Below, in pieces: positions 28,084 to 38,333 of a stretch of 64,000 bases of DNA (within the stretch, counting starts at the first letter, position 1; every line of letters begins with the position of its first letter). This stretch comes from an uncultured Roseburia sp. (GTDB taxonomy: Bacteria; Bacillota; Clostridia; Lachnospirales; Lachnospiraceae), in NCBI GenBank assembly GCA_947383215.1, contig CANDCP010000002.1, positions 7,568 through 71,567 on the forward strand, written 5' to 3'. The notes beneath the pieces were generated by a model, which was given only the letters and a program-made list of their open reading frames with translations, searched no databases and was not told the origin of the DNA. The translations under genes were made by a program, and so were the position numbers.

Positions 28084-30195
28084 ATGATTAAGTTTGGAAA
28101 AAAGGTTGTGAAGTGCAGGGCGGCGATTCTGGTAATCAGTTTTCTGTTGCTGATTCCGTCGGCAGTCGGATATTTCAGCACCAGAATAAACTATGATATC
28201 CTCTCTTATCTGCCTAAGGATATTGAGACAATGAAGGGGCAGGATATTTTACTGGAAGATTTTGGAACGGGAGCGTTTTCACTCTGCGTGATCGAGGGCA
28301 TGGATGAAAAGGGCGTAGTGGCGCTGGAAGATAAGATGCGGGAGGTGGCGCATGTAAAGGAAATTATCTGGTATGATACTTTAGCTGATATTTCGGTTCC
28401 GATGGATATTCTGCCGGAGGATATCAGGGAGGCGTTCAATAACGAAGAGAAAAATTCAACGATGATGATTGTGACATTTGACACTTCTATGTCGGCGGAC
28501 GAGACATTGGACGCGATTGAGGAAATCCGGGGGCTTACCGACAAGCAGTGTTATCTGAGCGGAATGTCCGCCGTAATCACGGATATCAAGAAAATCTGTA
28601 ACAGCGAGGCGGTTATGTATGTCGTGATAGCCGCGGGACTGTCGGCTCTGGTGCTTGCGCTTACGATGGATTCCTTTCTGATCCCGGTATTTTTTCTGTT
28701 AAGTATCGGCATGGCGATTATCTATAATCTTGGAACAAATTTTGTGGCTGGGGAAATGTCATTTATCACGCAGGCGTTGGCGGCGGTGTTGCAGCTTGCG
28801 GTTACAATGGATTATTCGATTTTCCTCTGGCATAGCTATCAGGAAAACCAGGGGCGGTTTCCGGGGGACAAAAAGCGGGCGATGGCGCATGCCATCTCGA
28901 ATACAATCAGCTCCGTCGTCGGAAGCTCCATAACAACGGTAGCCGGATTTGTTGCAATGTGTTTTATGACGTTTACGCTTGGCATGGATCTTGGAATTGT
29001 GATGGCAAAAGGCGTTGTCTTAGGAGTGGTCGGCTGCGTTACGATATTGCCGTCCATGATTCTTGTGTTCGATAAGGCGATTGAGAAGACAAAGCACAGG
29101 GCGATTATTCCGGATCTCGGGAGAATCGGAAATTTTGTGACGAAGAAATATCCGTTGTTCCTTGTCCTGTTTTTTCTGATTCTCGTACCGGCGCTGTATG
29201 GATACACGCATACGGACGTGTATTATGATTTGGCGGGAACTCTGCCAAAAGATTTGGAGAGCGTTGAGGCAAACAATAAGCTGGAAGAAAATTTTGATAT
29301 GGGGGCGACGCATATCATTCTTGCGGACAGCCGGCTGGAGCCAAAAGATGCTTCCGCAATGATCGACGAGATCGAAGCGGTGGACGGGATTGCCGCGGTT
29401 CTTTCAAAGGATGCGTTTTTGGGGCCTCTGATTCCGCAGGAAATGATGCCGGAGAGGATCAGAGAGATTTTAGATAACGGAGAGAATCAGACGATTTTTA
29501 TTATGTCGGAGTATAAAACGGCGTCCGACGAGGTGAACGCCCAGTGCGAGGCGATAAAGGGGATCATCAAGAAATACGACGGAACCGCAATGCTGATTGG
29601 CGAGGCGCCGTGTACGGCAGATCTGATTACGATAACGGATAAGGATTTTAAAACGGTAAGCGCCGTATCCATTGTATTGATTTTTGTTATTATCGCGCTA
29701 GTCTTAAAATCCATCTCGCTTCCGGTGATTCTGGTCGCGGTTATTGAGTTTGCGATTTTTATCAATATGGGTATTCCGGCCTACACGAAAACCGTGCTGC
29801 CGTTTATCGCGTCGATTGTGATCGGAACCATACAGCTTGGAGCCACCGTGGATTATGCGATTCTGATGACAAATAAATATAAGAAGGCCAGACATAAGGG
29901 CGCCGAAAAACAGGAGGCGGTTTCGCAGGCGCTCAACAGTTCCCTGCAGTCAGTGTTTGTCAGCGCGCTAAGTTTCTTTGCGGCGACCTTTGGGGTCGGG
30001 GTCTATTCGAGTATCGACATGATCAGCTCGCTTTGCAGCCTGCTTGCGAGAGGAGCGCTTATCAGTCTGCTCGTGGTCGCGTTTATTCTGCCGACAATGT
30101 TTATGGTATTTGATAAGCTGATTATCCGCACAAGCAAAGGATTTCAGCCGGAGAGGGAAAACAATGCAAATTTTCAGCCGGAAACGGCAAAATAA
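28084..30195 (+). CDS. MMPL/RND-superfamily transporter
   Basis: RBS aaggag. Two repeated halves, each with a TM helix, an extracytoplasmic domain and a 5-TM bundle (e.g. LAVTMDYSIFLWHSY and GATVDYAILMTNKY). Confidence 0.9.
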   Translation: MIKFGKKVVKCRAAILVISFLLLIPSAVGYFSTRINYDILSYLPKDIETMKGQDILLEDFGTGAFSLCVIEGMDEKGVVALEDKMREVAHVKEIIWYDTLADISVPMDILPEDIREAFNNEEKNSTMMIVTFDTSMSADETLDAIEEIRGLTDKQCYLSGMSAVITDIKKICNSEAVMYVVIAAGLSALVLALTMDSFLIPVFFLLSIGMAIIYNLGTNFVAGEMSFITQALAAVLQLAVTMDYSIFLWHSYQENQGRFPGDKKRAMAHAISNTISSVVGSSITTVAGFVAMCFMTFTLGMDLGIVMAKGVVLGVVGCVTILPSMILVFDKAIEKTKHRAIIPDLGRIGNFVTKKYPLFLVLFFLILVPALYGYTHTDVYYDLAGTLPKDLESVEANNKLEENFDMGATHIILADSRLEPKDASAMIDEIEAVDGIAAVLSKDAFLGPLIPQEMMPERIREILDNGENQTIFIMSEYKTASDEVNAQCEAIKGIIKKYDGTAMLIGEAPCTADLITITDKDFKTVSAVSIVLIFVIIALVLKSISLPVILVAVIEFAIFINMGIPAYTKTVLPFIASIVIGTIQLGATVDYAILMTNKYKKARHKGAEKQEAVSQALNSSLQSVFVSALSFFAATFGVGVYSSIDMISSLCSLLARGALISLLVVAFILPTMFMVFDKLIIRTSKGFQPERENNANFQPETAK

Positions 30196-30213
30196 GAGAG
30201 AGAGGAAAACAGT

Positions 30214-32736
30214 ATGAAATATTCAGAATTAAAAAGAAAATTTAGTCATAAATATATGATCCGTGTGATTGCCGGCGTATTGACAATCGCACTGCTGGGA
30301 ACCGGCGGCGGGATTTATTCCGTAAACGCGGCGAAGAGCGAGGCGGCAATTGATACGCAGGAGGATACGCAAAAAGAGATTGAAAGCGCGGTTAAAGATA
30401 TTTTAGGGAGCGCGCCGGAGGGAAAGAACGTCGGAAAAGAAGAGACGGTGTATCTGATTGCGAACGAAAAGGGAAGCGTCAGGGAGACGATTGTCAGCGA
30501 CTGGCTGAAGAATCCCGAAAAGAGCGAGACCCTGTCCGATCTTTCCGATTTGGAGGGCATCGAAAATGTAAAAGGGGACGAGGCGTTTGAAAAAAACGGA
30601 AACACAATGACATGGCAGGCGGGAGGAAAGGATATTTACTATCAGGGCAAGACCACGAAGGAAGCGCCTGTATCCGAGAAAATCACTTATTATCTGGACG
30701 GGGAAGAGATTGAACCGAAGAACCTGGCCGGAAAGAGCGGAAAGGTAGTTATCCGATTTGATTATACAAATAACGAGAAGACGACGAAGACCGTAGACGG
30801 AGAGGATTATGAGGTGTATGTGCCGTTTACCGTGGTGACGGGGATGATACTTGGCGATAATTTTACGAATTTGAGCGTGACAAACGGGAAGGTAATTTCG
30901 GACGGGAGGAATCAGGTGGTGGTCGGCATGGCGATGCCTGGTTTGAAGGAAAGTCTCGACCTGAATGAAGAAGATCGTGAGGAGGAAAATCTATTGGATT
31001 ATGTCGAGGTAACCGCCGACGTGGAAGATTTTTCCCTTGATATGACAGTTACGCTGGCGACGAGCGAGATGCTTGGCGCGGTAAATACAAACGGGGAAGT
31101 CGATCTGTCGGCGCTTGACGAGCTGCTTGGCGAGATGACGGAGGCTTCCGGAAAGCTGAAAGACGGGGGAGAGGAGCTGGCGGAAGGGCTTGATACGTTA
31201 AAAGAGAGCATGGGAACATTTTCGGCGGGCGTCTCGGACTTGAAAGGGGGCGTTCAAAGTTATACCGACGGAGCGAAAATGCTGGGAGATGGAGTGAAGG
31301 AGTTAAGCGACAAAAGCACGTCTCTTGTAGACGGGGCGAATACCTTAGATTCCAGCGCGAAATCGATCAGCGGCGGAATCGAAAAGCTGGATAAGTCTCT
31401 GAAAAAGAAGTTTAGCGAAAAAGAAAAAAACGCGCTGTTAAAGCAGGTCGGCGCGACGATCGACGCACAGAAGAGTACCGTCCAAAAGAGCGCGTACAGT
31501 TCTGTGGACGCGCAGGCGCAGGGAATAAAAAGCCAGGCGCAGGCCGCGGTAGACGCGCAGGCGGAGGCGATAAAGGGTCAGGCGCAGGCCGCGGTAGACG
31601 CGCAGGCGCAGGGAATAAAAAGCCAGGCGCAGGCCGCCGTTCACAACATGTTTGGCGACCCGAATGACGAAAGCAGTTATTACAACAAGATTAAAAATCA
31701 GGCGCAGCTTCAGTTGGGGCAGAAGTTAGAAGGAATGACGGGGACCGTCGAAAACGGCGTGACGGAGTATACGAGACAGGTTGCGCAGGGAATCTATACG
31801 CAGGTTGTCACAGCGCAGGTGACGGAACAGATTAAACAGGCGCTTATGGCGGCCGGAGCCGATGAGGCCGCGGCGGCTGCGCAGGCAGGCCAGGCGGTAC
31901 AGGCGGAACCGTATGTTTCGCAGATTCAATCGGCGGTAAACGGCTATGTAAGTCAGACGATGTCAGATTCCAAAATCACAGGCGGAATCCATACGATGAC
32001 CGGAAATCTTATGGGAGGAATGTCACAGATTTCCGGGGAAGTAGCGACCGCAGTCGCCGACGCGGCGCAAAACGGAGCAGAGAGCGCGGCGGGGGAAGCC
32101 GCTTTGACGGGGGCGAAGGCTGCAGCCGGTTCTGCCGCTGTTTCAGGAGCAAAGGCGGCAGCCGGTGAGGCGGCGGTCACTGCGGCGAGAAGCGCGGCAG
32201 GCCAGGCGGCCTATGAGGGGGCAAAGGCTGCGGCAGGCCAGGCGGCGGTCACTGCGGCCGAGGAGACGAAACAGACGGTTGTAAAGGCGATTGAGGCAAA
32301 GGATAAGGAATCCGGTTACAGCCTGGTAACGGGCTCGGCGGCGCTGGCAAAGGGAACGGGCGATCTTGTGGGCGCGGTTCCCGCGTTGAGAGGAGGAATT
32401 TCAGAGCTTTTGGCAGGCGCAAATACACTGGTATCGAATAACGGCACGCTTAACAACGGAGCCAGACAGCTTTCGGACGGAGCTGCTCAGATCGCGGAGG
32501 GAGTAGATCAGTTAGAGAGCGGATCAGATGAATTGGCGGACGGAATGAAAGAATTTCACGAAAAAGCCATACAAAAGCTTGCGGATACCTATCGCGGTGA
32601 TGTAAAATCATTCTTAGACAGAATGGAAGCATATGCTATGGCGGGGGAAGATTATACAACGTTTTCACAGGTGGCAGACGGTGTGGAAGGCAGTGTGAAA
32701 TTTATTCTGAAGACAGACGCCGTAAAGGCGGAATAA
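30214..32736 (+). CDS. YhgE/Pip-like membrane-anchored protein with heptad and Ala-rich repeats
   Basis: Single N-terminal TM helix. xxxLxxG heptad-type repeats (LKDGGEELAEGLDTLKESMGTFSAGVSDLKGGVQSYTDGAKMLGDGVKEL) occur at both ends, with repetitive Q/A-rich and A/G-rich blocks in the centre. No C-terminal TM bundle. Confidence 0.6.
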   Translation: MKYSELKRKFSHKYMIRVIAGVLTIALLGTGGGIYSVNAAKSEAAIDTQEDTQKEIESAVKDILGSAPEGKNVGKEETVYLIANEKGSVRETIVSDWLKNPEKSETLSDLSDLEGIENVKGDEAFEKNGNTMTWQAGGKDIYYQGKTTKEAPVSEKITYYLDGEEIEPKNLAGKSGKVVIRFDYTNNEKTTKTVDGEDYEVYVPFTVVTGMILGDNFTNLSVTNGKVISDGRNQVVVGMAMPGLKESLDLNEEDREEENLLDYVEVTADVEDFSLDMTVTLATSEMLGAVNTNGEVDLSALDELLGEMTEASGKLKDGGEELAEGLDTLKESMGTFSAGVSDLKGGVQSYTDGAKMLGDGVKELSDKSTSLVDGANTLDSSAKSISGGIEKLDKSLKKKFSEKEKNALLKQVGATIDAQKSTVQKSAYSSVDAQAQGIKSQAQAAVDAQAEAIKGQAQAAVDAQAQGIKSQAQAAVHNMFGDPNDESSYYNKIKNQAQLQLGQKLEGMTGTVENGVTEYTRQVAQGIYTQVVTAQVTEQIKQALMAAGADEAAAAAQAGQAVQAEPYVSQIQSAVNGYVSQTMSDSKITGGIHTMTGNLMGGMSQISGEVATAVADAAQNGAESAAGEAALTGAKAAAGSAAVSGAKAAAGEAAVTAARSAAGQAAYEGAKAAAGQAAVTAAEETKQTVVKAIEAKDKESGYSLVTGSAALAKGTGDLVGAVPALRGGISELLAGANTLVSNNGTLNNGARQLSDGAAQIAEGVDQLESGSDELADGMKEFHEKAIQKLADTYRGDVKSFLDRMEAYAMAGEDYTTFSQVADGVEGSVKFILKTDAVKAE
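31504..31638 (+). repeat. Three tandem 45-bp in-frame repeats (VDAQAQGIKSQAQAA)
   Basis: Units 1 and 3 differ at only 2 nt. Unit 2 encodes VDAQAEAIKGQAQAA. Confidence 0.9.
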
Positions 32737-32755
32737 AAGAGCGAGGAGGCCCGGT

Positions 32756-33328
32756 ATGAACTGGATAGAGATGCTTGTGGTAACGGCTGGCCTGTCACTG
32801 GACATTTTTGCGGCGGTGGAGTGTCAGGGGGCGCTGGTAGCCCGTGTCAGAAAAAGACATCTTGTTCTTATATGTGCGGTATTGTCTGCGTGGCAGACGG
32901 CGGCTTTGTATTTCGGCAGTTTTCTGGCGGGCCTCCTCTGCCGTTATGATTTAAAGGATGCGAAACTGCTTACGGGACGGATTATTGCGGCGCTTATTTT
33001 TATCGGGCTTGGACTGCGTATGGTTTTCAAGGCGTGGAAGAATGACAGTGTGTTCGAGCGCAGGGCGGAAAAGATTGGCATAGGGGTCTTTTTAAAAATG
33101 GCCGCGATCGCAAGCGTGTATACGCTGCTTACGGGAATTGCGTTTGGATTTTTGGGTGCGGACGTCTTTTGGATGCTTGCTATGATCGTGCTTTTTACCA
33201 TTCTGGTTGTGGTTCTCGGAATGTATACCGGGTATCGTTTCGGTTTTGAACAGAAGACGAAAGCGTATCTGGCTGGCGGCGTTTTGCTGGTGCTGGGCGG
33301 AATAGACGTGATCGTCTGGCATATGTAA
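32756..33328 (+). CDS. MntP/YtaF-like (DUF204) membrane protein, putative Mn efflux
   Basis: Six TM helices and an N-terminal GLSLDIFAAVE motif resembling the SxDAFAV box of MntP-type proteins. Confidence 0.5.
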   Translation: MNWIEMLVVTAGLSLDIFAAVECQGALVARVRKRHLVLICAVLSAWQTAALYFGSFLAGLLCRYDLKDAKLLTGRIIAALIFIGLGLRMVFKAWKNDSVFERRAEKIGIGVFLKMAAIASVYTLLTGIAFGFLGADVFWMLAMIVLFTILVVVLGMYTGYRFGFEQKTKAYLAGGVLLVLGGIDVIVWHM

Positions 33329-33341
33329 AAGGAGATGGGGC

Positions 33342-34922
33342 ATGCCGAAAATCAGAATCTATCATTCGCGGACGGATAAGAAATACACGGAAGTTTTTCA
33401 GCGTCCGGGAGAGACTTTATTAAACGCGCTGAGGAGAAGCGGTTATATGACGTCGTATCCCTGCGGCGGAAACGGCGTCTGCGGCAAGTGCCGCTTTGAG
33501 ATTATGCAGGGGGAGACGGTTTTGACATCGGAGGAAAAAAATATTCTGACTAAGCAGGAGCTGGACCGCGGCGTGCGTCTTTTGTGCCGCGCCAGCTTTT
33601 TTTCCGACGGCGGGATTGTGTTATCCGGATCATGGGAGGATAAAATCTTTACTCCCGGTTTAAGCGAAGCGGCGGTATCGTTGAAGGAGGGGGACTGTAA
33701 AAAAGCGGACTTTGACGTGGCGGCCGATATCGGAACGACGACAATTGCGCTGGCGTTTGTCGACAGAGAGAGCAAAAAGAGCGCGGCGGTTATTACAAAA
33801 AATAACAGCCAGCGTGTGTTTGGCGCGGATGTACTGAGCAGGATTCAGGCGGCGAACGGGGGGGATGCCGAAAAGTTAAAGGCGCTTATATGGCGGGATC
33901 TTGTAGAGGGGATGGACGAGTTGTCAGAAAAATGCGCGGGTGCGCCGGCGATCAGCAGACTTGTGATTTCTGCAAATACGACAATGCAGCATTTGCTGGC
34001 GGGGGATTCCTGCGAGCTTCTTGGCGTCTCTCCATTTCGCCCCGTTTCCCTGGAGCTTCGGACGAAGCCTGCGGAAGAATGGTGGGAGGAGATTCCGGAA
34101 AAATATGCAAAGACAGAGGTGACCCTGCTGCCGGGGATGTCGGCGTTTGTCGGCGCCGATATTGTCGCGGGTATTTACGGCTGTAATTTGTATCATCGAG
34201 GGAAAAAGCCGGTTCTGTTCGTGGATCTTGGCACGAACGGGGAGATGGCGCTTATTACGGACGAGGGGACGCTCGCCTCTTCCGTAGCAGCCGGACCTGC
34301 GCTTGAGGGCGGAAATATCAGCTGCGGCGTGCCGTCTGTCGAGGGAGCCGTCAACAGCGTCTCTTGCATGGGAAAGCGAATTGTTTTACACACAATCGGG
34401 AATAAGCGTCCGATTGGCCTTTGCGGAACCGGGGTACTGGAGACGGCCTATGAGATTGTTAAGACGGGGGCGGCGGATGAGGGCGGAACATTTTGCGGTG
34501 CGTATCAGGAAAGCGGTTTTTTGCTGGCGGAGACGTCCGCGCGCGGGACGCCGATTCGTTTTACACAGGAGGATATGCGCCAGCTGCAGATGGCAAAGGC
34601 GGCGGTTCGGGCGGGGATCGAGCTTTTAAAGCGGGAGGGGGGGCTTGTGTCGTCGGATATCGATAAAGTCTATCTTGCGGGGGGATTCGGCTGTAAATTG
34701 AATGTTTACAAGGCCGCGGGAATCGGTTTGATACCGCATGAGCTGCGGGAGCGGGCGCAGCCGGTCGGGAATACGTCGCTTCTTGGGGCGACGCGGTATC
34801 TTGCGGATAAGGAGGGCGCAGATATTATGAAAAAGATAGCGGAGGGGGCAAAGATCGTAAATCTCGCCGCGCATTCGGATTTTGAGGAGGAATATTATTC
34901 CTATATGAATTTTAACAGGTAG
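33342..34922 (+). CDS. 2Fe-2S ferredoxin domain fused to an ASKHA ATPase domain (RACo-like corrinoid activation protein family)
   Basis: N-terminal Cys cluster PCGGNGVCGKCRF. ASKHA phosphate motifs AADIGTTTIA and VDLGTNGEMAL. Confidence 0.75.
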   Translation: MPKIRIYHSRTDKKYTEVFQRPGETLLNALRRSGYMTSYPCGGNGVCGKCRFEIMQGETVLTSEEKNILTKQELDRGVRLLCRASFFSDGGIVLSGSWEDKIFTPGLSEAAVSLKEGDCKKADFDVAADIGTTTIALAFVDRESKKSAAVITKNNSQRVFGADVLSRIQAANGGDAEKLKALIWRDLVEGMDELSEKCAGAPAISRLVISANTTMQHLLAGDSCELLGVSPFRPVSLELRTKPAEEWWEEIPEKYAKTEVTLLPGMSAFVGADIVAGIYGCNLYHRGKKPVLFVDLGTNGEMALITDEGTLASSVAAGPALEGGNISCGVPSVEGAVNSVSCMGKRIVLHTIGNKRPIGLCGTGVLETAYEIVKTGAADEGGTFCGAYQESGFLLAETSARGTPIRFTQEDMRQLQMAKAAVRAGIELLKREGGLVSSDIDKVYLAGGFGCKLNVYKAAGIGLIPHELRERAQPVGNTSLLGATRYLADKEGADIMKKIAEGAKIVNLAAHSDFEEEYYSYMNFNR

Positions 34923-35205
34923 AGGATTCGCGGATGTGGTCAAGTCCCTGTTCGATAATTGTGACGACATGGGAATCCAATAAATAATAGTAAATCGTTT
35001 TTCCGTCCCGGCGGTTGCCTACAAGACGGTTTTGTTTTAGAATGCTTAACTGATGGGAAATTGCGCTCTGTGACATTTCGAGTTTGTCCGCAATGTCATA
35101 GACGCATTTTTCACCGTCGTAGAGCGTGTACATAATCTGAAGCCTTGTGGGCGTGCCGAATATTTTAAAGAGCTGCGCAAGCTCTTTGTATTCATCTGGA
35201 TTCAT
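34912..35205 (-). CDS. ArsR/SmtB-family transcriptional regulator
   Basis: Winged HTH TPTRLQIMYTLYDGEKCVYDIADKLEMSQSAISHQLSILKQNRLV. Its 3' end overlaps the convergent upstream gene by 11 nt. Confidence 0.9.
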   Translation of the reverse strand: MNPDEYKELAQLFKIFGTPTRLQIMYTLYDGEKCVYDIADKLEMSQSAISHQLSILKQNRLVGNRRDGKTIYYYLLDSHVVTIIEQGLDHIRESSTC

Positions 35206-35324
35206 AAAAATCCCCCTTTATGTCAGCTCAAGGATTCCAAATTGGCGTCGTTGAGCTATGCGTGTGTATAAAAATAACATACCACAAAGAGCGCATTTTA
35301 GTCAATGAAAGAGAAACAGGAGAA

Positions 35325-37001
35325 ATGAAAAGAAAAATGAAGATACTGCTCACGGCGATTAACGCAAAATATATACATTCCAATCTGGCGATTTATGATT
35401 TAAGGGCATATGCGGGCGCGTATAAAGAAGAAATAGAGTTGGCGGAATTTACGATAAACCAGAGAGCCGAATACATTTTGAGTGAAATATATAAAAGGAA
35501 ACCGGATATTCTCTGTTTTTCCTGTTATATTTGGAATATTTCGTATGTGAGAAGGGTGGCGGAGGAGTTTCACAAAATCTGTAAAGAAGTTCCGATTTGG
35601 CTAGGCGGTCCTGAGGTTTCTTATGAGAGCGAGAGGTTTTTGCAGGATAATCCGTTTATTACGGGGATTATGAGAGGGGAAGGCGAGAAGATATTTTTGA
35701 ATTTGTGCCGCTATTACCATGAGGAGGCAAAAGCCTTAGAGCAGATTCCGGGGCTTGTGTTTCAAAAAGGGGATGAAATATGCGTGAATTTGCCAGAGAC
35801 GCCCGTGGATCTTAGCGACGTTCCGTTCCCCTATGAAAACGAGGATTTTCAAAATAAGATTGTCTATTACGAATCAAGCCGGGGATGTCCGTTTTGCTGC
35901 AGCTATTGCCTCTCTTCCGTCGACAGAAAGCTGCGGTTTCGGGATATGGAGCTTTTGAAGCGCGAGCTGCGGTTTTTTATCGACCGGGGGGCGCCGCAGG
36001 TAAAATTTGTGGACAGAACCTTTAACTGCCGCCGGGACCGCGCGATGGAAATCTGGCGTTTTATAAAAAAGCATGACAGGGGCGTCACAAATTTTCATTT
36101 TGAGGTGGCGGCGGATCTTTTGACTGATGATGAGGTTGCGTTTCTTGCAGGGCTTCGTCCGGGATTAATCCAGCTTGAGATTGGCGTGCAGAGTACGAAT
36201 GCCGAGACAATAGAGGAAATTCGCCGGACAATGGATCTTTCGCGCGTAAAGTCAGTCGTTCGGAAAATAAAAGAGGGGCGTAATATCCATCAGCATCTGG
36301 ATTTGATTGCGGGTCTTCCGATGGAAGATTTTAAAAGCTTTGCGCGTTCCTTTGACGAAATTTATGAGATAAAGCCCGAGCAGCTTCAGCTTGGATTTTT
36401 GAAGATTCTGAAGGGCTCTTATATGTATTCCCACGCTTCGGAATACGGAATGATCTATACGTCTCATCCGCCTTACGAGGTGCTTTCTACCAGGTGGCTT
36501 TGCTATGAGGAGATTCAGAGGATAAAGCTTGTCGAAGAAATGCTGGAGGTCTATTATAATAGCGGGCAGTTTCGCCGTTCTATTTCCGTTTTGGAGGAAA
36601 TGTTTGACAGCGCGTTTTCTATGTTTGAAAGTCTTGGAAATTATTACGAGAGCAGAGGGTATCTTGCGCAAAAACATACGCGCAATCAGCGCATGGAGAT
36701 TCTTTTGGATTTTGCCGGGGAGACGGCGGCGGGGCAGCGGGAGCGGCTGAGAGAGGCGGCGGTCTATGACATTTATGCGAGAGAGAACGCAAAAAGCCGT
36801 CCGGCGTTTGCGCCAAAGATGGACGGGTGGAAGGATATGTCGCGGAACTATTGTAAAAAGGGAAAACTGTCGCATCTGGAGCGTTTTTTCTATGAGGAGG
36901 ACGGGCAAAAAAGGGACAAGCCGTATTATATTCTGTTTGATTATGAGAATCGGGATTTGTTTTTACACAGCGCAAAGGAACGGCGGATAGAGGAATTGTG
37001 A
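35325..37001 (+). CDS. B12-binding-domain radical SAM protein
   Basis: ATG with a caggag RBS; the track ORF starts 105 nt earlier without one. N-terminal Rossmann-like B12-type region, CxxxCxxC cluster in SRGCPFCCSYC, long C-terminal helical extension. Confidence 0.85.
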   Translation: MKRKMKILLTAINAKYIHSNLAIYDLRAYAGAYKEEIELAEFTINQRAEYILSEIYKRKPDILCFSCYIWNISYVRRVAEEFHKICKEVPIWLGGPEVSYESERFLQDNPFITGIMRGEGEKIFLNLCRYYHEEAKALEQIPGLVFQKGDEICVNLPETPVDLSDVPFPYENEDFQNKIVYYESSRGCPFCCSYCLSSVDRKLRFRDMELLKRELRFFIDRGAPQVKFVDRTFNCRRDRAMEIWRFIKKHDRGVTNFHFEVAADLLTDDEVAFLAGLRPGLIQLEIGVQSTNAETIEEIRRTMDLSRVKSVVRKIKEGRNIHQHLDLIAGLPMEDFKSFARSFDEIYEIKPEQLQLGFLKILKGSYMYSHASEYGMIYTSHPPYEVLSTRWLCYEEIQRIKLVEEMLEVYYNSGQFRRSISVLEEMFDSAFSMFESLGNYYESRGYLAQKHTRNQRMEILLDFAGETAAGQRERLREAAVYDIYARENAKSRPAFAPKMDGWKDMSRNYCKKGKLSHLERFFYEEDGQKRDKPYYILFDYENRDLFLHSAKERRIEEL

Positions 37002-37708
37002 TGCAGGATTATATTGTAATTGATTTGGAAATGACCGGATTAAATCCTAAGAGAGATGCCGTTTTAGAGGTGGGGGCGGTCAGGGTTCGAGATAAGCGTG
37101 TGAGCGCCGTTTTGGAGTTTTTTGTGAATCCGATGCGGCCGCTGTCCGAAGAGGTTGTGAAGCTGACAGGGATCACGCAGGAGATGGCGGACGGCGGAAT
37201 TATGCCGGCGCAGGCCATTCGCCGTGTGGCGGATTTTGTCGGCGAGGATATTTGGGTGGGCCACAATGTGATTTTTGATTACAGTTTTTTGAAGCAGCTT
37301 GCCGTAAATGAACGAATTTCTTTTGAGAAAAAGGCGGTCGATACTTTAAAGGCGGCAAGAGGCCTGCCGATTTGCGCGGATAAGAAGTCGTTGGACGAGC
37401 TGTGCGGGTATTACGGGATTCGCAGACGCAAAGCGCACCGGGCGCTGGAGGATGCGCTTGCGACCATGCGGCTCTATGAGATTTTAGAACGGCAGTACGG
37501 CGAGGCGTACGGAAGCGCTTTCCTGCCAAGGCCGCTTTTGTATAAGCCGAAGAGAGAGACGCCGGCGACGCCGGCGCAAAAAAAGCGCTTGAAGGAATTG
37601 CTGAATTATCATAAAATAGACGATGATATTTCGTTTGAGACGCTGACAAGAAGCGAGGCGTCGAGAAAGACGGATCAGATTATTTCACGGTTCGGCAAGC
37701 TTCTTTAG
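36998..37708 (+). CDS. DEDDh 3'-5' exonuclease (DnaQ/PolC-epsilon-like)
   Basis: Exo motifs IVIDLEMTG, GHNVIFDYSFL and HRALEDA. ATGA overlap with the upstream gene. Confidence 0.85.
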   Translation: MMQDYIVIDLEMTGLNPKRDAVLEVGAVRVRDKRVSAVLEFFVNPMRPLSEEVVKLTGITQEMADGGIMPAQAIRRVADFVGEDIWVGHNVIFDYSFLKQLAVNERISFEKKAVDTLKAARGLPICADKKSLDELCGYYGIRRRKAHRALEDALATMRLYEILERQYGEAYGSAFLPRPLLYKPKRETPATPAQKKRLKELLNYHKIDDDISFETLTRSEASRKTDQIISRFGKLL

Positions 37709-38275
37709 AATGGCGTCTTTGCGGCTGGAATCAAGCGTGTTCGCAGAGGCGATCAGGGAATCGAGCTTGTCATCTTTTCCAAGCGCACGGTAAATATCGG
37801 CTAAAAGAGTATAGTTTGAGACGATATCACTGTGGCATGCGACGCCGAATGCAAGGACGGTCTCGGCTTCCTGCGCATGTCCGAGCGCAAAGAGCCGGTT
37901 CCCGTATCTGACAAGCGTCCTTGCGAGAACGGCGAAATTTTCATCGCATTCGGACAGAAACTGAAAATTAGGGACGCCGTAGGTTAGCTTTAAATCGGTG
38001 TTGCTCGCGCCGTTTAGATTTAAGATTTGCCTGTCCGCCAGCCCTCTTAAATCCGTCTCGCAGTCGGACAGCTCTTCATCCTCGTATTTTCCGATTGGGA
38101 AGGTGTCGAGCGGGATTGTGATATAGGAGAGAGAACTGATGTCTTTTTTACGGACGGTGTTCGAGCGAAGCTCTCTGTCCCAGAATTCGTCCTGTATTTT
38201 CTGGTCTCGGCTTGAGAGCCTGCGCAGCATAATCGTGAATACGACGACAAAAATTATAAAAATAATCAGAAACAT
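37685..38275 (-). CDS. Hypothetical membrane-anchored protein with a helical-repeat C-terminus
   Basis: N-terminal TM MFLIIFIIFVVVFTIML. The remainder is helical and TPR-like (weak call). Confidence 0.5.
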   Translation of the reverse strand: MFLIIFIIFVVVFTIMLRRLSSRDQKIQDEFWDRELRSNTVRKKDISSLSYITIPLDTFPIGKYEDEELSDCETDLRGLADRQILNLNGASNTDLKLTYGVPNFQFLSECDENFAVLARTLVRYGNRLFALGHAQEAETVLAFGVACHSDIVSNYTLLADIYRALGKDDKLDSLIASANTLDSSRKDAILKKLAEP

Positions 38276-38333
38276 AATAACAGCCTTTCTGCAAGAGCAA
38301 TCCTAATGAACCTTATTGAAGGAGGTGAAAAAG

